DNA from: Methanocaldococcus indicus
GTDB lineage: Archaea > AGJL01 > Methanococci > Methanococcales > Methanocaldococcaceae
Length of the DNA stretch: 64,000 bases
NCBI RefSeq assembly: GCF_049554935.1
Contig: NZ_CP186926.1
Coordinates: forward strand, 352,001 to 416,000
Direction of reading: 5' to 3'
In this document: positions 56,010 to 64,000 of the stretch, piece after piece
Layout of the letters: the number at the start of each line of letters is the position of its first letter
Numbering within the stretch: the first letter of the stretch is position 1
The notes under the pieces: model-generated
Databases searched by the model: none
The model's input: the letters and a program-made list of their open reading frames with translations, nothing else
What the model was told of the DNA's origin: nothing
Program-made: the position numbers and the translations under genes

Positions 56010-58366
56010 AGTATATAAATCATCCTCTAATAAAACCAAACACATTAGAAGCAAGATTATATCAGCAGTTGATAGCAGCTAATGCACTAAAAAGGAATAC
56101 CTTAGTTGTTATTCCAACAGGTTTAGGAAAGACAGCAATAGCTGTTTTAGTTATAGCAGGAATTTTAACAAAAAAAGATGGGAAAATTTTAATCTTAGCT
56201 CCAACAAGGCCATTAGTTGAGCAACATTATAGAAGATTAAAAGAGATTTTAAATATTGATGAGGATAAAATTGTAGCTTTAACAGGAAAAATTTCACCAA
56301 AAAAAAGAGAAGAGATTTACAAAAAAGCTAAAATTATTATAGCTACTCCCCAGGTTATTGAGAATGATATTCTTTCAAATAGAATAAATATAGATGATTT
56401 TATCTTACTTATAGCTGATGAAGCTCATCATACTGTTGGAAATCATGCCTATGCATTTGTAGCTAAGAAATTTAAGGATAAATGTCACATATTGGCTTTA
56501 ACAGCCTCTCCTGGAAGTGATATAGAAAAAGTTATGGAGATTTGTGAGAACTTAAATATTCAGCATATTGAAATGAGAGATGAAGATGATGAGGATGTTA
56601 AACCATATATAGCTAAGGTAAAGCTTTATCCAATTAGGATAGAACTACCTAATGAATTTAAAAAAGCACTAAAATTATTAGATAAAGCAATAAAAGAAAG
56701 ATTAAAATTTTTAAAAGAAAATGGAGCAATAGACACCATTCAAATAACAAAAACAGAATTAATTGAATTAAATCCTAAACTTTTTGCTTATGATGATTCT
56801 ATAAAGTATGATTTGATTAGAGTATGTTCAGAGGCATTAAAATTAATGCATGCTAAGGAACTCTTAGAGAGTCAAGGGAAAAGTATCTTCTTAGATTATA
56901 TTGAAAAATTAAAGAACAATAGAAGTAAGTCAGCAAGGGCAATAGTTAATGATGAAAATGTAAAACAAGCTGTCTTATTATTAAAAAAATCAAATGTTGA
57001 GCATCCTAAACTAAATAAAGTATTAGAACTAATTAAAAAAATCTTAAAAAAGAATCCAAATGAAAAAATAATTTTATTTACACAATATAGAGCAACTGTT
57101 GAGAAACTCTTAGAACTATTAAATAAAGAAGGAATAAAAGCTATAAGGTTTGTTGGACAATCCAACAAGGAAGGAAAAGGAATGAGCCAAAAAGAGCAGA
57201 TAGAAGCAATAGAAAAGTTTAAGGAGGAAGGAAATGTCTTAGTTTCAACAAGTGTATCTGAGGAAGGGATTGATATCCCATCTGTTAATTATATTATTTT
57301 TTATGAACCAGTTCCATCTGAAATTAGATTAATCCAAAGAAGAGGAAGGGCAATGAGAGGAGAGGGAGGGATTTGTTATGTCCTCATAGCCAAAGGGACA
57401 AGTGATGAGGCATATTATAGAGCTTCTCTATATAAAGAAAGAGCAATGAAAAGAATATTAAGGGAAATTTATAAAGAAATTAAAAATAGATTAGAAGAGA
57501 AATATGGAAAATTAGAAGAAAGTAACATTCAAGAAGATAAAGAATCCAATAAAGAAGATAAAAAAGACAATGAAGAGAGCCATAATAAAATTAACAATGA
57601 AATAAAAGAAGAGAAAAAAGATGAAATAAAAAAACCAAAAACAATATTAGATTATTTAAAAATTGCTGAAAAAAAGAGCAAGGAGAAAGAAAGTATAGAG
57701 AGTGAGAATAATATTATACTAACTAAAATAGATAACAAAAAAGAGAAAAAAGCTAAAATTATAGTTGATGTTAGAGAAAAAGGAATAGCTAAATATTTAT
57801 CAGATAAAGTAGATGTGGAAATAAAAACTCTTGATGTTGGTGATTTTGTTTTAAGTGATAGGGTTGTAGTTGAAAGAAAAACAGGAGAAGATTTTATAAA
57901 TTCTATAATTGACAAAAGGTTATTTAATCAGCTAAAAGAACTAAAAAGATATGAAAAACCTATTTTAATTATTGAAGGAGATTATAAAAAAAGATTGCAT
58001 GAAAATGCTATAAGAGGTGCTATTTTATCTATTATATTAGATTACTCAATTCCAATTATATTTACTAAGGATTTAGATGAAACTATATCTTATTTAGTTC
58101 AAATAGCTGAAAAAGAACAAATAAAAGAAAAAAGACCTATTTTAATAAGAGCTGGGAAAAAACCAATGACTCTAAAAGAGAGACAGGAGTTTATTGTCCA
58201 ATCTCTCCCAGAAGTTGGTGGAGCATTGGCTAAAAATCTACTTAAACATTTTAAAACTGTTGAAAATGTCTTTACAGCTAAGGAAGAGGAATTAATCAAA
58301 GTTGAAGGAGTAGGAAAAGAAAGAGCTAAAAAAATTAGAGAAGTTTTAACTGCTGAATATAAATGA
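56006..58366 (+). CDS. hef: Hef helicase/ERCC4 nuclease
   Basis: PTGLGKT, DEAH, QRRGR helicase motifs; GDF...ERKT nuclease; HhH tail. Confidence 0.93.
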   Translation: MKYINHPLIKPNTLEARLYQQLIAANALKRNTLVVIPTGLGKTAIAVLVIAGILTKKDGKILILAPTRPLVEQHYRRLKEILNIDEDKIVALTGKISPKKREEIYKKAKIIIATPQVIENDILSNRINIDDFILLIADEAHHTVGNHAYAFVAKKFKDKCHILALTASPGSDIEKVMEICENLNIQHIEMRDEDDEDVKPYIAKVKLYPIRIELPNEFKKALKLLDKAIKERLKFLKENGAIDTIQITKTELIELNPKLFAYDDSIKYDLIRVCSEALKLMHAKELLESQGKSIFLDYIEKLKNNRSKSARAIVNDENVKQAVLLLKKSNVEHPKLNKVLELIKKILKKNPNEKIILFTQYRATVEKLLELLNKEGIKAIRFVGQSNKEGKGMSQKEQIEAIEKFKEEGNVLVSTSVSEEGIDIPSVNYIIFYEPVPSEIRLIQRRGRAMRGEGGICYVLIAKGTSDEAYYRASLYKERAMKRILREIYKEIKNRLEEKYGKLEESNIQEDKESNKEDKKDNEESHNKINNEIKEEKKDEIKKPKTILDYLKIAEKKSKEKESIESENNIILTKIDNKKEKKAKIIVDVREKGIAKYLSDKVDVEIKTLDVGDFVLSDRVVVERKTGEDFINSIIDKRLFNQLKELKRYEKPILIIEGDYKKRLHENAIRGAILSIILDYSIPIIFTKDLDETISYLVQIAEKEQIKEKRPILIRAGKKPMTLKERQEFIVQSLPEVGGALAKNLLKHFKTVENVFTAKEEELIKVEGVGKERAKKIREVLTAEYK

Positions 58367-58504
58367 ATATATTAATATAATATATTTTTATAAATATATA
58401 TTGAAATATTCATATTTATAGTGACATATTAACTTTTTGATTTGAAAAAAATCAAAAGCTATAAATAAAATGATAATAAGAGCTACTATTTAAGAGGTGA
58501 TAAG

Positions 58505-58819
58505 ATGAAAAATAAAGTATTCTATGGAGAAGGAATTAAAGTTGTCAAAGAACAAAGACCTGATGTATATGAAATTATAGCTAAACTAAATGATACTGTT
58601 TATTCTGGAAAAGTTTTAGATTATAAAACTTTAAAGTTAGTTGCTATTGCTATAGTAGCAGCTAAGTGTGATGAAAAAGCAACAGAAAAACAGATGAAAA
58701 GTGGAATGAAAGAGTTAGGGATTACAAAAGAAGAGATTATGGATGTCTTAGGGATTGTTCTATTAACAAGTGGAGTTCCTGCTTATGTAAAAGCTATGAA
58801 GATACTTGAAAAATTATAA
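58505..58819 (+). CDS. Carboxymuconolactone decarboxylase/AhpD-like protein
   Basis: LDYKT.KLVAIAI...GITKEEI....L.SG.PA. Confidence 0.85.
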   Translation: MKNKVFYGEGIKVVKEQRPDVYEIIAKLNDTVYSGKVLDYKTLKLVAIAIVAAKCDEKATEKQMKSGMKELGITKEEIMDVLGIVLLTSGVPAYVKAMKILEKL

Positions 58820-58833
58820 ACATTGTAAGAGTT

Positions 58834-59190
58834 ATGAATTACTTCCACAAAATTAACAGACTAAAAGAAGGAACTGATTTTGAGAAAAAACATACATCAT
58901 TTATTGATTGTAGAGATTCAGTAAAAGCAGATGAAATTTTTGAAGTAAGAATATATACAGAAGTTGAGCATCCTATGGAAGATAACCATTATATTCAGTG
59001 AGTAGAACTATTTATGAATGATATTTACTTAGGAAGGGCTGAATTTACCCAATTTTTAAAGCCAGAAGTTGTTTTTAAAGTAAAAGCTCCAAATGAAAGT
59101 CATAAAGGCAAATCTTTTAAATTAAGAGCTTTAATGAGATGTAACCTATATGGTGTTTGGGAATTTGAGAAAGAGGTTAAAATAGAATAA
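58834..59190 (+). pseudogene. sor: Superoxide reductase (neelaredoxin) pseudogene
   Basis: EKKHTS...HPMEDNHYIQ*VEL...CNLYG; in-frame TGA at 58999-59001 replaces the conserved Trp, and the His ligand of CNxHG is Tyr. Confidence 0.88.
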
Positions 59191-59267
59191 ATTCATAAAA
59201 TTTTTGACGAATTTAGAATGATAAATTAAATATATTAGTAATCTACAAACCATATTTTGGTGATAAG

Positions 59268-59426
59268 ATGGCAAAATATCAATGTATGTGTGGATGGATT
59301 TATGATGAAGATAAAGGAGAACCTTCTCAAAATATTCCACCTGGGACTAAATGGGAAGAACTACCAGATACTTTTAGATGTCCTCAATGTGGATTAGGGA
59401 AGAATGCTTTTAGAAAGATAGAATAG
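59268..59426 (+). CDS. rub: Rubredoxin (52 aa; not in ORF track)
   Basis: [52 protein letters not shown]; GGTGA RBS. Confidence 0.95.
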   Translation: MAKYQCMCGWIYDEDKGEPSQNIPPGTKWEELPDTFRCPQCGLGKNAFRKIE

Positions 59427-59446
59427 ACATTAAAATTGATGTAACT

Positions 59447-59722
59447 ATGATAACAACAAACCATCCATTAAGTGAAGCTTTAAGAGATATTCAAGAGTTT
59501 AAGTTAAGATTAGCTGAATACTTCAAAGATAAGGATGTTTTTCCAATTAAAAATAGAACAGAATTAGCTAATGCTTTACCATGTGGAATATCATTACCTT
59601 GTGGAGACATTGAAGCAGCAGAATTGGTTAAATTATTAACTGATAATGACTTTCCAATTAAAGATGTTGAAGATTTAGTTATGAAGTTAGCAAATAAATG
59701 CTTAATTGAAAAGAAAGAATAA
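59447..59722 (+). CDS. MTH865-family protein
   Basis: FPIKN..EL.NALP.G....C...A.ELVKLL...DFP. Confidence 0.8.
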   Translation: MITTNHPLSEALRDIQEFKLRLAEYFKDKDVFPIKNRTELANALPCGISLPCGDIEAAELVKLLTDNDFPIKDVEDLVMKLANKCLIEKKE

Positions 59723-59732
59723 AGGTGAAATT

Positions 59733-60413
59733 ATGTGTGAAGAAATGAAAGAATGCTGCAAAGTTGTTATAGGACAAAAATTCCCAGAAGTAGAGGTTAA
59801 GACAACTCATGGAGTTATAAAATTACCAGATTACTATGTAGAGAAAGGGAAATGGTTTGTATTATTTAGTCATCCAGCTGATTTCACTCCTGTTTGTACA
59901 ACTGAATTTGTAGGATTCCAAAAAAGATATGACCAATTTAGAGAGTTAAACTGTGAATTAATAGGTTTAAGTATAGACCAAGTATTTAGCCATATAAAAT
60001 GGGTAGAATGGATAAAAGAAAAGTTAGGAGTAGAGATTGAGTTCCCAATTATTGCTGATGATATGGGAGAATTGGCTAAAAAGTTAGGAATGGTATCTCC
60101 TTATAAAGGAACAAATACAGTAAGAGCTGTATTTATAGTTGATGATAAAGGAGTTATAAGAGCTATCATCTATTACCCACAAGAAATAGGTAGAAACTTA
60201 GATGAAATAGTAAGAGCTGTTAAAGCCCTACAAACCTCTGACAAGTATGGTGTAGCTACACCTGCAAATTGGCCAGAAAATGATTTATTAGGTGATAAGG
60301 TTATTATACCACCAGCTTCAAGTATTGAAGAGAAAAAGCAAAGAGAAGAAGCTTGTAAAAAAGGAGAAATAGAATGTTATGACTGGTGGTTCTGCTATAA
60401 AAAATTAGAATAA
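59733..60413 (+). CDS. Peroxiredoxin (archaeal Prx6/AhpC type)
   Basis: [26 protein letters not shown]. Confidence 0.95.
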   Translation: MCEEMKECCKVVIGQKFPEVEVKTTHGVIKLPDYYVEKGKWFVLFSHPADFTPVCTTEFVGFQKRYDQFRELNCELIGLSIDQVFSHIKWVEWIKEKLGVEIEFPIIADDMGELAKKLGMVSPYKGTNTVRAVFIVDDKGVIRAIIYYPQEIGRNLDEIVRAVKALQTSDKYGVATPANWPENDLLGDKVIIPPASSIEEKKQREEACKKGEIECYDWWFCYKKLE

Positions 60414-60452
60414 TTTAATAATCATTTCCTTCAAAAAATTATATTTTGGGGT

Positions 60453-60683
60453 ATGGGCATGGTTGAGTTGAATATAGTTAGTAAAAAAGAAGAAAAAAAG
60501 GAATTAAAAAAATACAGATGTAGAGTTTGTGGATGGATTTATGACCCTGAAAAAGGAGAGCCTTCCCAAAATATTCCACCTGGGACTCCTTTTGAGGAAT
60601 TGCCAGATAGTTTTAGATATAGTTTTAGATGTCCTGTTTGTAGAGGAAATGTAACAAAAGAATACTTTGAGCCAGTTGAGTAG
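60453..60683 (+). CDS. rub: Rubredoxin with a 4-aa internal duplication
   Basis: [10 protein letters not shown]...PGT.FEELP...CPVC. Confidence 0.88.
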   Translation: MGMVELNIVSKKEEKKELKKYRCRVCGWIYDPEKGEPSQNIPPGTPFEELPDSFRYSFRCPVCRGNVTKEYFEPVE

Positions 60684-60707
60684 AAATATTATAATATTTG
60701 GGATACT

Positions 60708-60797
60708 ATGAAAAAAACTATTTTAAATCTTTTAAAAGCTTATGTGGGAGAAAGTTTAGCAAGAAATAGATATACTTGTTATGCAAAGAATAGCTAA
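60708..60797 (+). pseudogene. rbr: Rubrerythrin 5' remnant
   Basis: MKKTILNLLKAYVGESLARNRYTCYAK then +1 frameshift (GCA AAG A ATA GCT AAG) and stop; rest of the gene absent. Confidence 0.85.
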
Positions 60798-60799
60798 GC

Positions 60800-60913
60800 T
60801 TAGAAAATAATTCTTTAAAAGATAAATTTGAATTCTTATTAGAGAATGATTTATTTGGACATATAAGTTTAAAGAAATATTTGGATGAAGGTTACCAAAT
60901 TATAACCTTTTAA
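60800..60913 (+). pseudogene. 3' remnant of a probable DsrE-like gene
   Basis: Startless frame LENNSLKDKFEFLLENDLFGHISLKKYLDEGYQIITF*; the GY.IITF ending resembles DsrE-family C-termini. Confidence 0.5.
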
Positions 60914-60951
60914 ATATTTTTTAAGATAATTAAATAATTTGGTGAAGATAT

Positions 60952-62121
60952 ATGATAAGAAAAATAAAAGAGAATATTTATTTTGTTGGAGCAATAGATT
61001 GGGATGTTAGGAATTTTCATGGATACAATACAGACAATGGGACAACATACAACTCTTATTTAATTTTAGATGAAAAAATAACTTTAATTGATACTGTTAA
61101 AGACCATAAAGCTGATGAATTAATCAACAACATAAAAAAATTGGTTAATCCTAATGATATTGATTATATTGTTATAAATCATGTTGAAAAAGACCACTCT
61201 GGGGCACTTCCTGAGTTAATGAAAATAACTAATGCAAAGATAGTAACAAATGATAAAGGAAAGGAACATTTAGAAGAGCATTACAACACTGAGGGTTGGG
61301 AGTTTTTAGTTGTTGATGATGAAGAAGAGTTAAATATTGGTAAAAGAACTTTGAAATTCTTTAAAACTCCTATGTTACACTGGCCTGAAAATATGGTTAC
61401 TTATTTAATTGAAGATAAAATTTTATTCTCAAATGATGCCTTTGGACAACATTATGCATCATCTCAAAGATTTGACTATGAAGTTAGAGGAGATATATTT
61501 CTCTATGCAAGAGAATACTTTGCAAATATTTTAATGCCTTACAAATTCTTAATAAACAATGTAATTGAAAAGCTCACTAAGTTAGAGATTGAGTATATAG
61601 CTCCTTCTCATGGAATTATCTGGAATAAATATATTGATGATATAATAAAGTATTATATTGATTGGGCTTCTGGAAAAGTTAGTAATAAGGCAGTAATTGT
61701 TTATGATACAATGTATAACTCAACTAAAAAAATGGCTTATGCTATTGCTGATGGATTAATAGAAGAAGGAGTGAATGTAAAAATATACAATTTAACTGAA
61801 ACTCCTGTAAGTAAGATTATATCTGAGATATTAACAGCCAAATATTTATTAGTTGGCTCACCTACCTTAAATAAAAACTTATATCCTGAAGTTGCTAAGT
61901 TTTTAGCATATATGGAAGGATTAAATCCAACAGGAAAAATAGCTGTTGCTTTTGGTTCTTATGGCTGGTATGAAGTAGCAACAGAGAAAATTAAAGAAGT
62001 ATTTAAAAGGTTAAATTATAAAATTGTAGATGATGATTGTTTAAAAGTTAAATTCTCTCCAAAAGAAGAAGATTTAAATAAATTATATGAATTTGGTAAG
62101 AATTTGGCTAAAATTGAATGA
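60952..62121 (+). CDS. fprA: FprA flavodiiron protein (F420H2 oxidase type)
   Basis: [30 protein letters not shown], flavodoxin domain TMYNST...FGSYGW. Confidence 0.93.
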   Translation: MIRKIKENIYFVGAIDWDVRNFHGYNTDNGTTYNSYLILDEKITLIDTVKDHKADELINNIKKLVNPNDIDYIVINHVEKDHSGALPELMKITNAKIVTNDKGKEHLEEHYNTEGWEFLVVDDEEELNIGKRTLKFFKTPMLHWPENMVTYLIEDKILFSNDAFGQHYASSQRFDYEVRGDIFLYAREYFANILMPYKFLINNVIEKLTKLEIEYIAPSHGIIWNKYIDDIIKYYIDWASGKVSNKAVIVYDTMYNSTKKMAYAIADGLIEEGVNVKIYNLTETPVSKIISEILTAKYLLVGSPTLNKNLYPEVAKFLAYMEGLNPTGKIAVAFGSYGWYEVATEKIKEVFKRLNYKIVDDDCLKVKFSPKEEDLNKLYEFGKNLAKIE

Positions 62122-62125
62122 TACT

Positions 62126-62791
62126 ATGAATCTAAGATATTCCTCTGGAAATGTTGTAAATGAAAAAGTCCATAAAATTGGTGTTATTGCATTAGGTTCT
62201 TTTTTAGAAAATCATGGAGCTGTTTTACCAATAGATACAGATATTAAAATTGCTTCATATATCTCTTTAATTTCTTGTATAAAAACTGGAGCTAAATTTT
62301 TAGGTGTTGTTATTCCATCAACAGAATACAGTTATGTTAAACATGGCATTCATAACTCTGTTGATGATGTTATAAAATATTTAGATTTTATAATTAATGA
62401 AGGAAAAAAGATAGGAATTGAGAAAATTGTTATTGTTAATTGTCATGGAGGAAATATTCTTATAAAAGATAAATTAGAAGATCTAGAGAAGAAACATAAT
62501 GTAAAAATAAAGCTATTAAATTTTCCATTAACACATGCAGGAACAGAAGAGGTATCTATTGGTTATGTTTTAGGGATTTATAAAGGTAGCTTGGAAGAGC
62601 ATAACAACTTTGGGAAGTATCCAGAGGTTGGAATGGTTGGATTAAAAGAAGCAAGAGAGAAAAACAAGGATATAGATAATGAGGCAAAAAAAGTTGAAAA
62701 ATTTGGAGTTAAATTAGATATAAATCTTGGAAAAAAGTTGTTAGATGAGTATATAAATAAAGTTATTAAAGAAATCATCTCTTTTATTTAA
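62126..62791 (+). CDS. arfB: FAPy deformylase (riboflavin/F420 pathway), creatininase family
   Basis: [27 protein letters not shown]...E. Confidence 0.88.
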   Translation: MNLRYSSGNVVNEKVHKIGVIALGSFLENHGAVLPIDTDIKIASYISLISCIKTGAKFLGVVIPSTEYSYVKHGIHNSVDDVIKYLDFIINEGKKIGIEKIVIVNCHGGNILIKDKLEDLEKKHNVKIKLLNFPLTHAGTEEVSIGYVLGIYKGSLEEHNNFGKYPEVGMVGLKEAREKNKDIDNEAKKVEKFGVKLDINLGKKLLDEYINKVIKEIISFI

Positions 62792-62913
62792 TTTAATATA
62801 ATTATGAGTTATACGCAATCTATTATAAAATTTTTACTATGGGAATAATATATAAAACTTTATATATTATAAAGTTACCTATAATACTCAGAAAACTTTG
62901 GAGGTGATAATAG

Positions 62914-63078
62914 ATGTGTGCCCCAATAGCAGTAACTGCTGGATTAGGAGCTCCAACATTAAGTGCAGTATTACCACAAATAATGGGAATGGTTTTTTTA
63001 ACAATTACTGGAGTATGGGCTATAGTTTCAGCAAAAGTTTCAACTTCAGTAAAATCTGAAGCAGTAGCTACTCAATAA
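62914..63078 (+). CDS. 54-aa hydrophobic MCAP peptide 1 (not in ORF track)
   Basis: MCAPIAVTAGLGAPTLSAVLPQIMGMVFLTITGVWAIVSAKVSTSVKSEAVATQ; strong RBS GGAGGTGAT. Confidence 0.85.
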   Translation: MCAPIAVTAGLGAPTLSAVLPQIMGMVFLTITGVWAIVSAKVSTSVKSEAVATQ

Positions 63079-63120
63079 ATAGCCTTAATTAATTATAAAA
63101 TTTTTTGGAGGTGATAATAG

Positions 63121-63276
63121 ATGTGTGCTCCAGTATCTGCAACAATAGCAGTTAGTTCTTCAACATTATTAACAGCATTTACCTTAGCTCAAGTTTTAGG
63201 AATAGCAGCTATTATAGGAGCTGTTGGATTCATATTTAAAGATGTTTTAAACTCAAAAGTTGCAAATAGATCATAA
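63121..63276 (+). CDS. 51-aa hydrophobic MCAP peptide 2 (not in ORF track)
   Basis: MCAPVSATIAVSSSTLLTAFTLAQVLGIAAIIGAVGFIFKDVLNSKVANRS; same RBS context as peptide 1. Confidence 0.85.
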   Translation: MCAPVSATIAVSSSTLLTAFTLAQVLGIAAIIGAVGFIFKDVLNSKVANRS

Positions 63277-63277
63277 A

Positions 63278-63306
63278 TTTATTTATTATTATTTTTTTAT
63301 TTTTTT
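63278..63306 (+). terminator. Possible oligo-dT terminator between the peptides and the radical SAM gene
   Basis: Two T runs (TTTTTT-A-TTTTTTT) just after the peptide 2 stop. Confidence 0.4.
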
Positions 63307-63318
63307 GAGGTAATACCT

Positions 63319-64000
63319 ATGATATCATTTTTAATAAAACCTAAGATATTACAAGTAGAGGTTACTAATGACTGTAACTGTAATTGTGACATATGTTTAA
63401 GGAATTATTGGAAGAGACCAAAAGGTAGTATAAGTGTTGAAGACTTCAAAAAATTGCCTATAAAAGATTTCAAAGAAGTAGCTTTACATGGTTGGGGAGA
63501 GAGTTTTTTACATCCAAATTTGTTTGAAATGGTAAAGTATGTTAAAAGTTTAGGAGTAAAAGCAAGTTTATGTACAAATGGTACATTGTTAGATGAGAGA
63601 TTAGACGAAGTACTTAATAGTGGTTTAGATGAGATTGCATTTGGAATATTTTCCTTAAAAGGTAAAGAAAAAGTAATATCTAATATAGAAATGCTCATAA
63701 ATGAAAAAGAAAAAAAAGGACTGAAATTAGATACCTACATAGATATAACAATGTTTAGGAGAAATTTAGAAGAGATTCCAGAAATTGTAGAAGCTGGTAT
63801 TAATCTTGGAGTAGATGGAATAGTTCTTCATAGGTTATTTGATTTGTATATAGAAGAGAAATATGGTTTATCCTCAAAAGAGGAAAAGAAATTCATAAAT
63901 GATTTAATAGAGAAATATGGAAAAAAAATAAGAATATATCCTCCTTTACCTCACACAACACCATGTAGAATACTATTAAATTGTATGTTTGTAAGATGGG
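63319..64000 (+). CDS. Radical SAM protein, probably with SPASM/twitch domain; runs off the window
   Basis: MISFLIKPKILQVEVTNDCNCNCDICLRNYW (CxxxCxxC), LHGWGESFLHP, CTNGTLL, ending PCRILLNCMFVRW; GAGGT RBS. Confidence 0.9.
   Translation, partial: MISFLIKPKILQVEVTNDCNCNCDICLRNYWKRPKGSISVEDFKKLPIKDFKEVALHGWGESFLHPNLFEMVKYVKSLGVKASLCTNGTLLDERLDEVLNSGLDEIAFGIFSLKGKEKVISNIEMLINEKEKKGLKLDTYIDITMFRRNLEEIPEIVEAGINLGVDGIVLHRLFDLYIEEKYGLSSKEEKKFINDLIEKYGKKIRIYPPLPHTTPCRILLNCMFVRW

Noticed and set aside
57490-57760. Charged low-complexity stretch in Hef as an intein or insertion
   Set aside because: No splicing motifs; it matches the disordered linker between the helicase and nuclease domains.
58999-59001. 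In-frame TGA as selenocysteine in superoxide reductase (Methanococcales do use Sec)
   Set aside because: It aligns to a conserved Trp rather than Cys, an iron-ligand His is also lost, and I see no GC-rich SECIS-like hairpin downstream.
59283-59291. Rubredoxin with CxC instead of CxxC as a defect or novelty
   Set aside because: As I recall, the CMCG start is shared with the M. jannaschii orthologue, so it is a known variant.
62914-63276. MCAP peptides as proviral structural proteins or pilins
   Set aside because: No integrase or viral genes are visible and there is no class III signal motif; not fully excluded because the window ends 0.7 kb later.
63405-63698. 97-aa minus-strand ORF in the ORF track
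   Set aside because: Antisense to the radical SAM gene, which the track omits because it has no stop inside the window.

Overview
AT-rich chromosomal window from a hyperthermophilic methanogen of the Methanococcales, most likely Methanocaldococcus-like (inferred from mer, mmp10, aksA, arfB, split rpoB''/B'/A'/A'' and the CRISPR repeat style). Most of it is housekeeping: RNA polymerase operon, SRP19, primase, RNase P Rpp30, aIF5B, ligase, Hef, two tRNAs and cofactor genes. Features the ORF track misses: (1) two tandem 54/51-aa hydrophobic peptides starting MCAP, with identical ribosome-binding sites, directly upstream of a radical SAM/SPASM-type gene at the right edge, a candidate undescribed peptide-modification (RiPP-like) system; (2) a 5-repeat CRISPR array without cas genes in the window, carrying two spacer-sized inserts flanked by 31-bp duplications of non-repeat sequence, resembling off-register Cas1-Cas2 integration; (3) a box C/D guide RNA just downstream of rpoA'' on the opposite strand; (4) a decaying oxygen-defence cluster (superoxide reductase pseudogene, rubrerythrin deletion remnant); (5) two shortened inteins, a solo archaellin and a probable ATA-initiated gene. 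All family assignments come from reading motifs, not from database searches.
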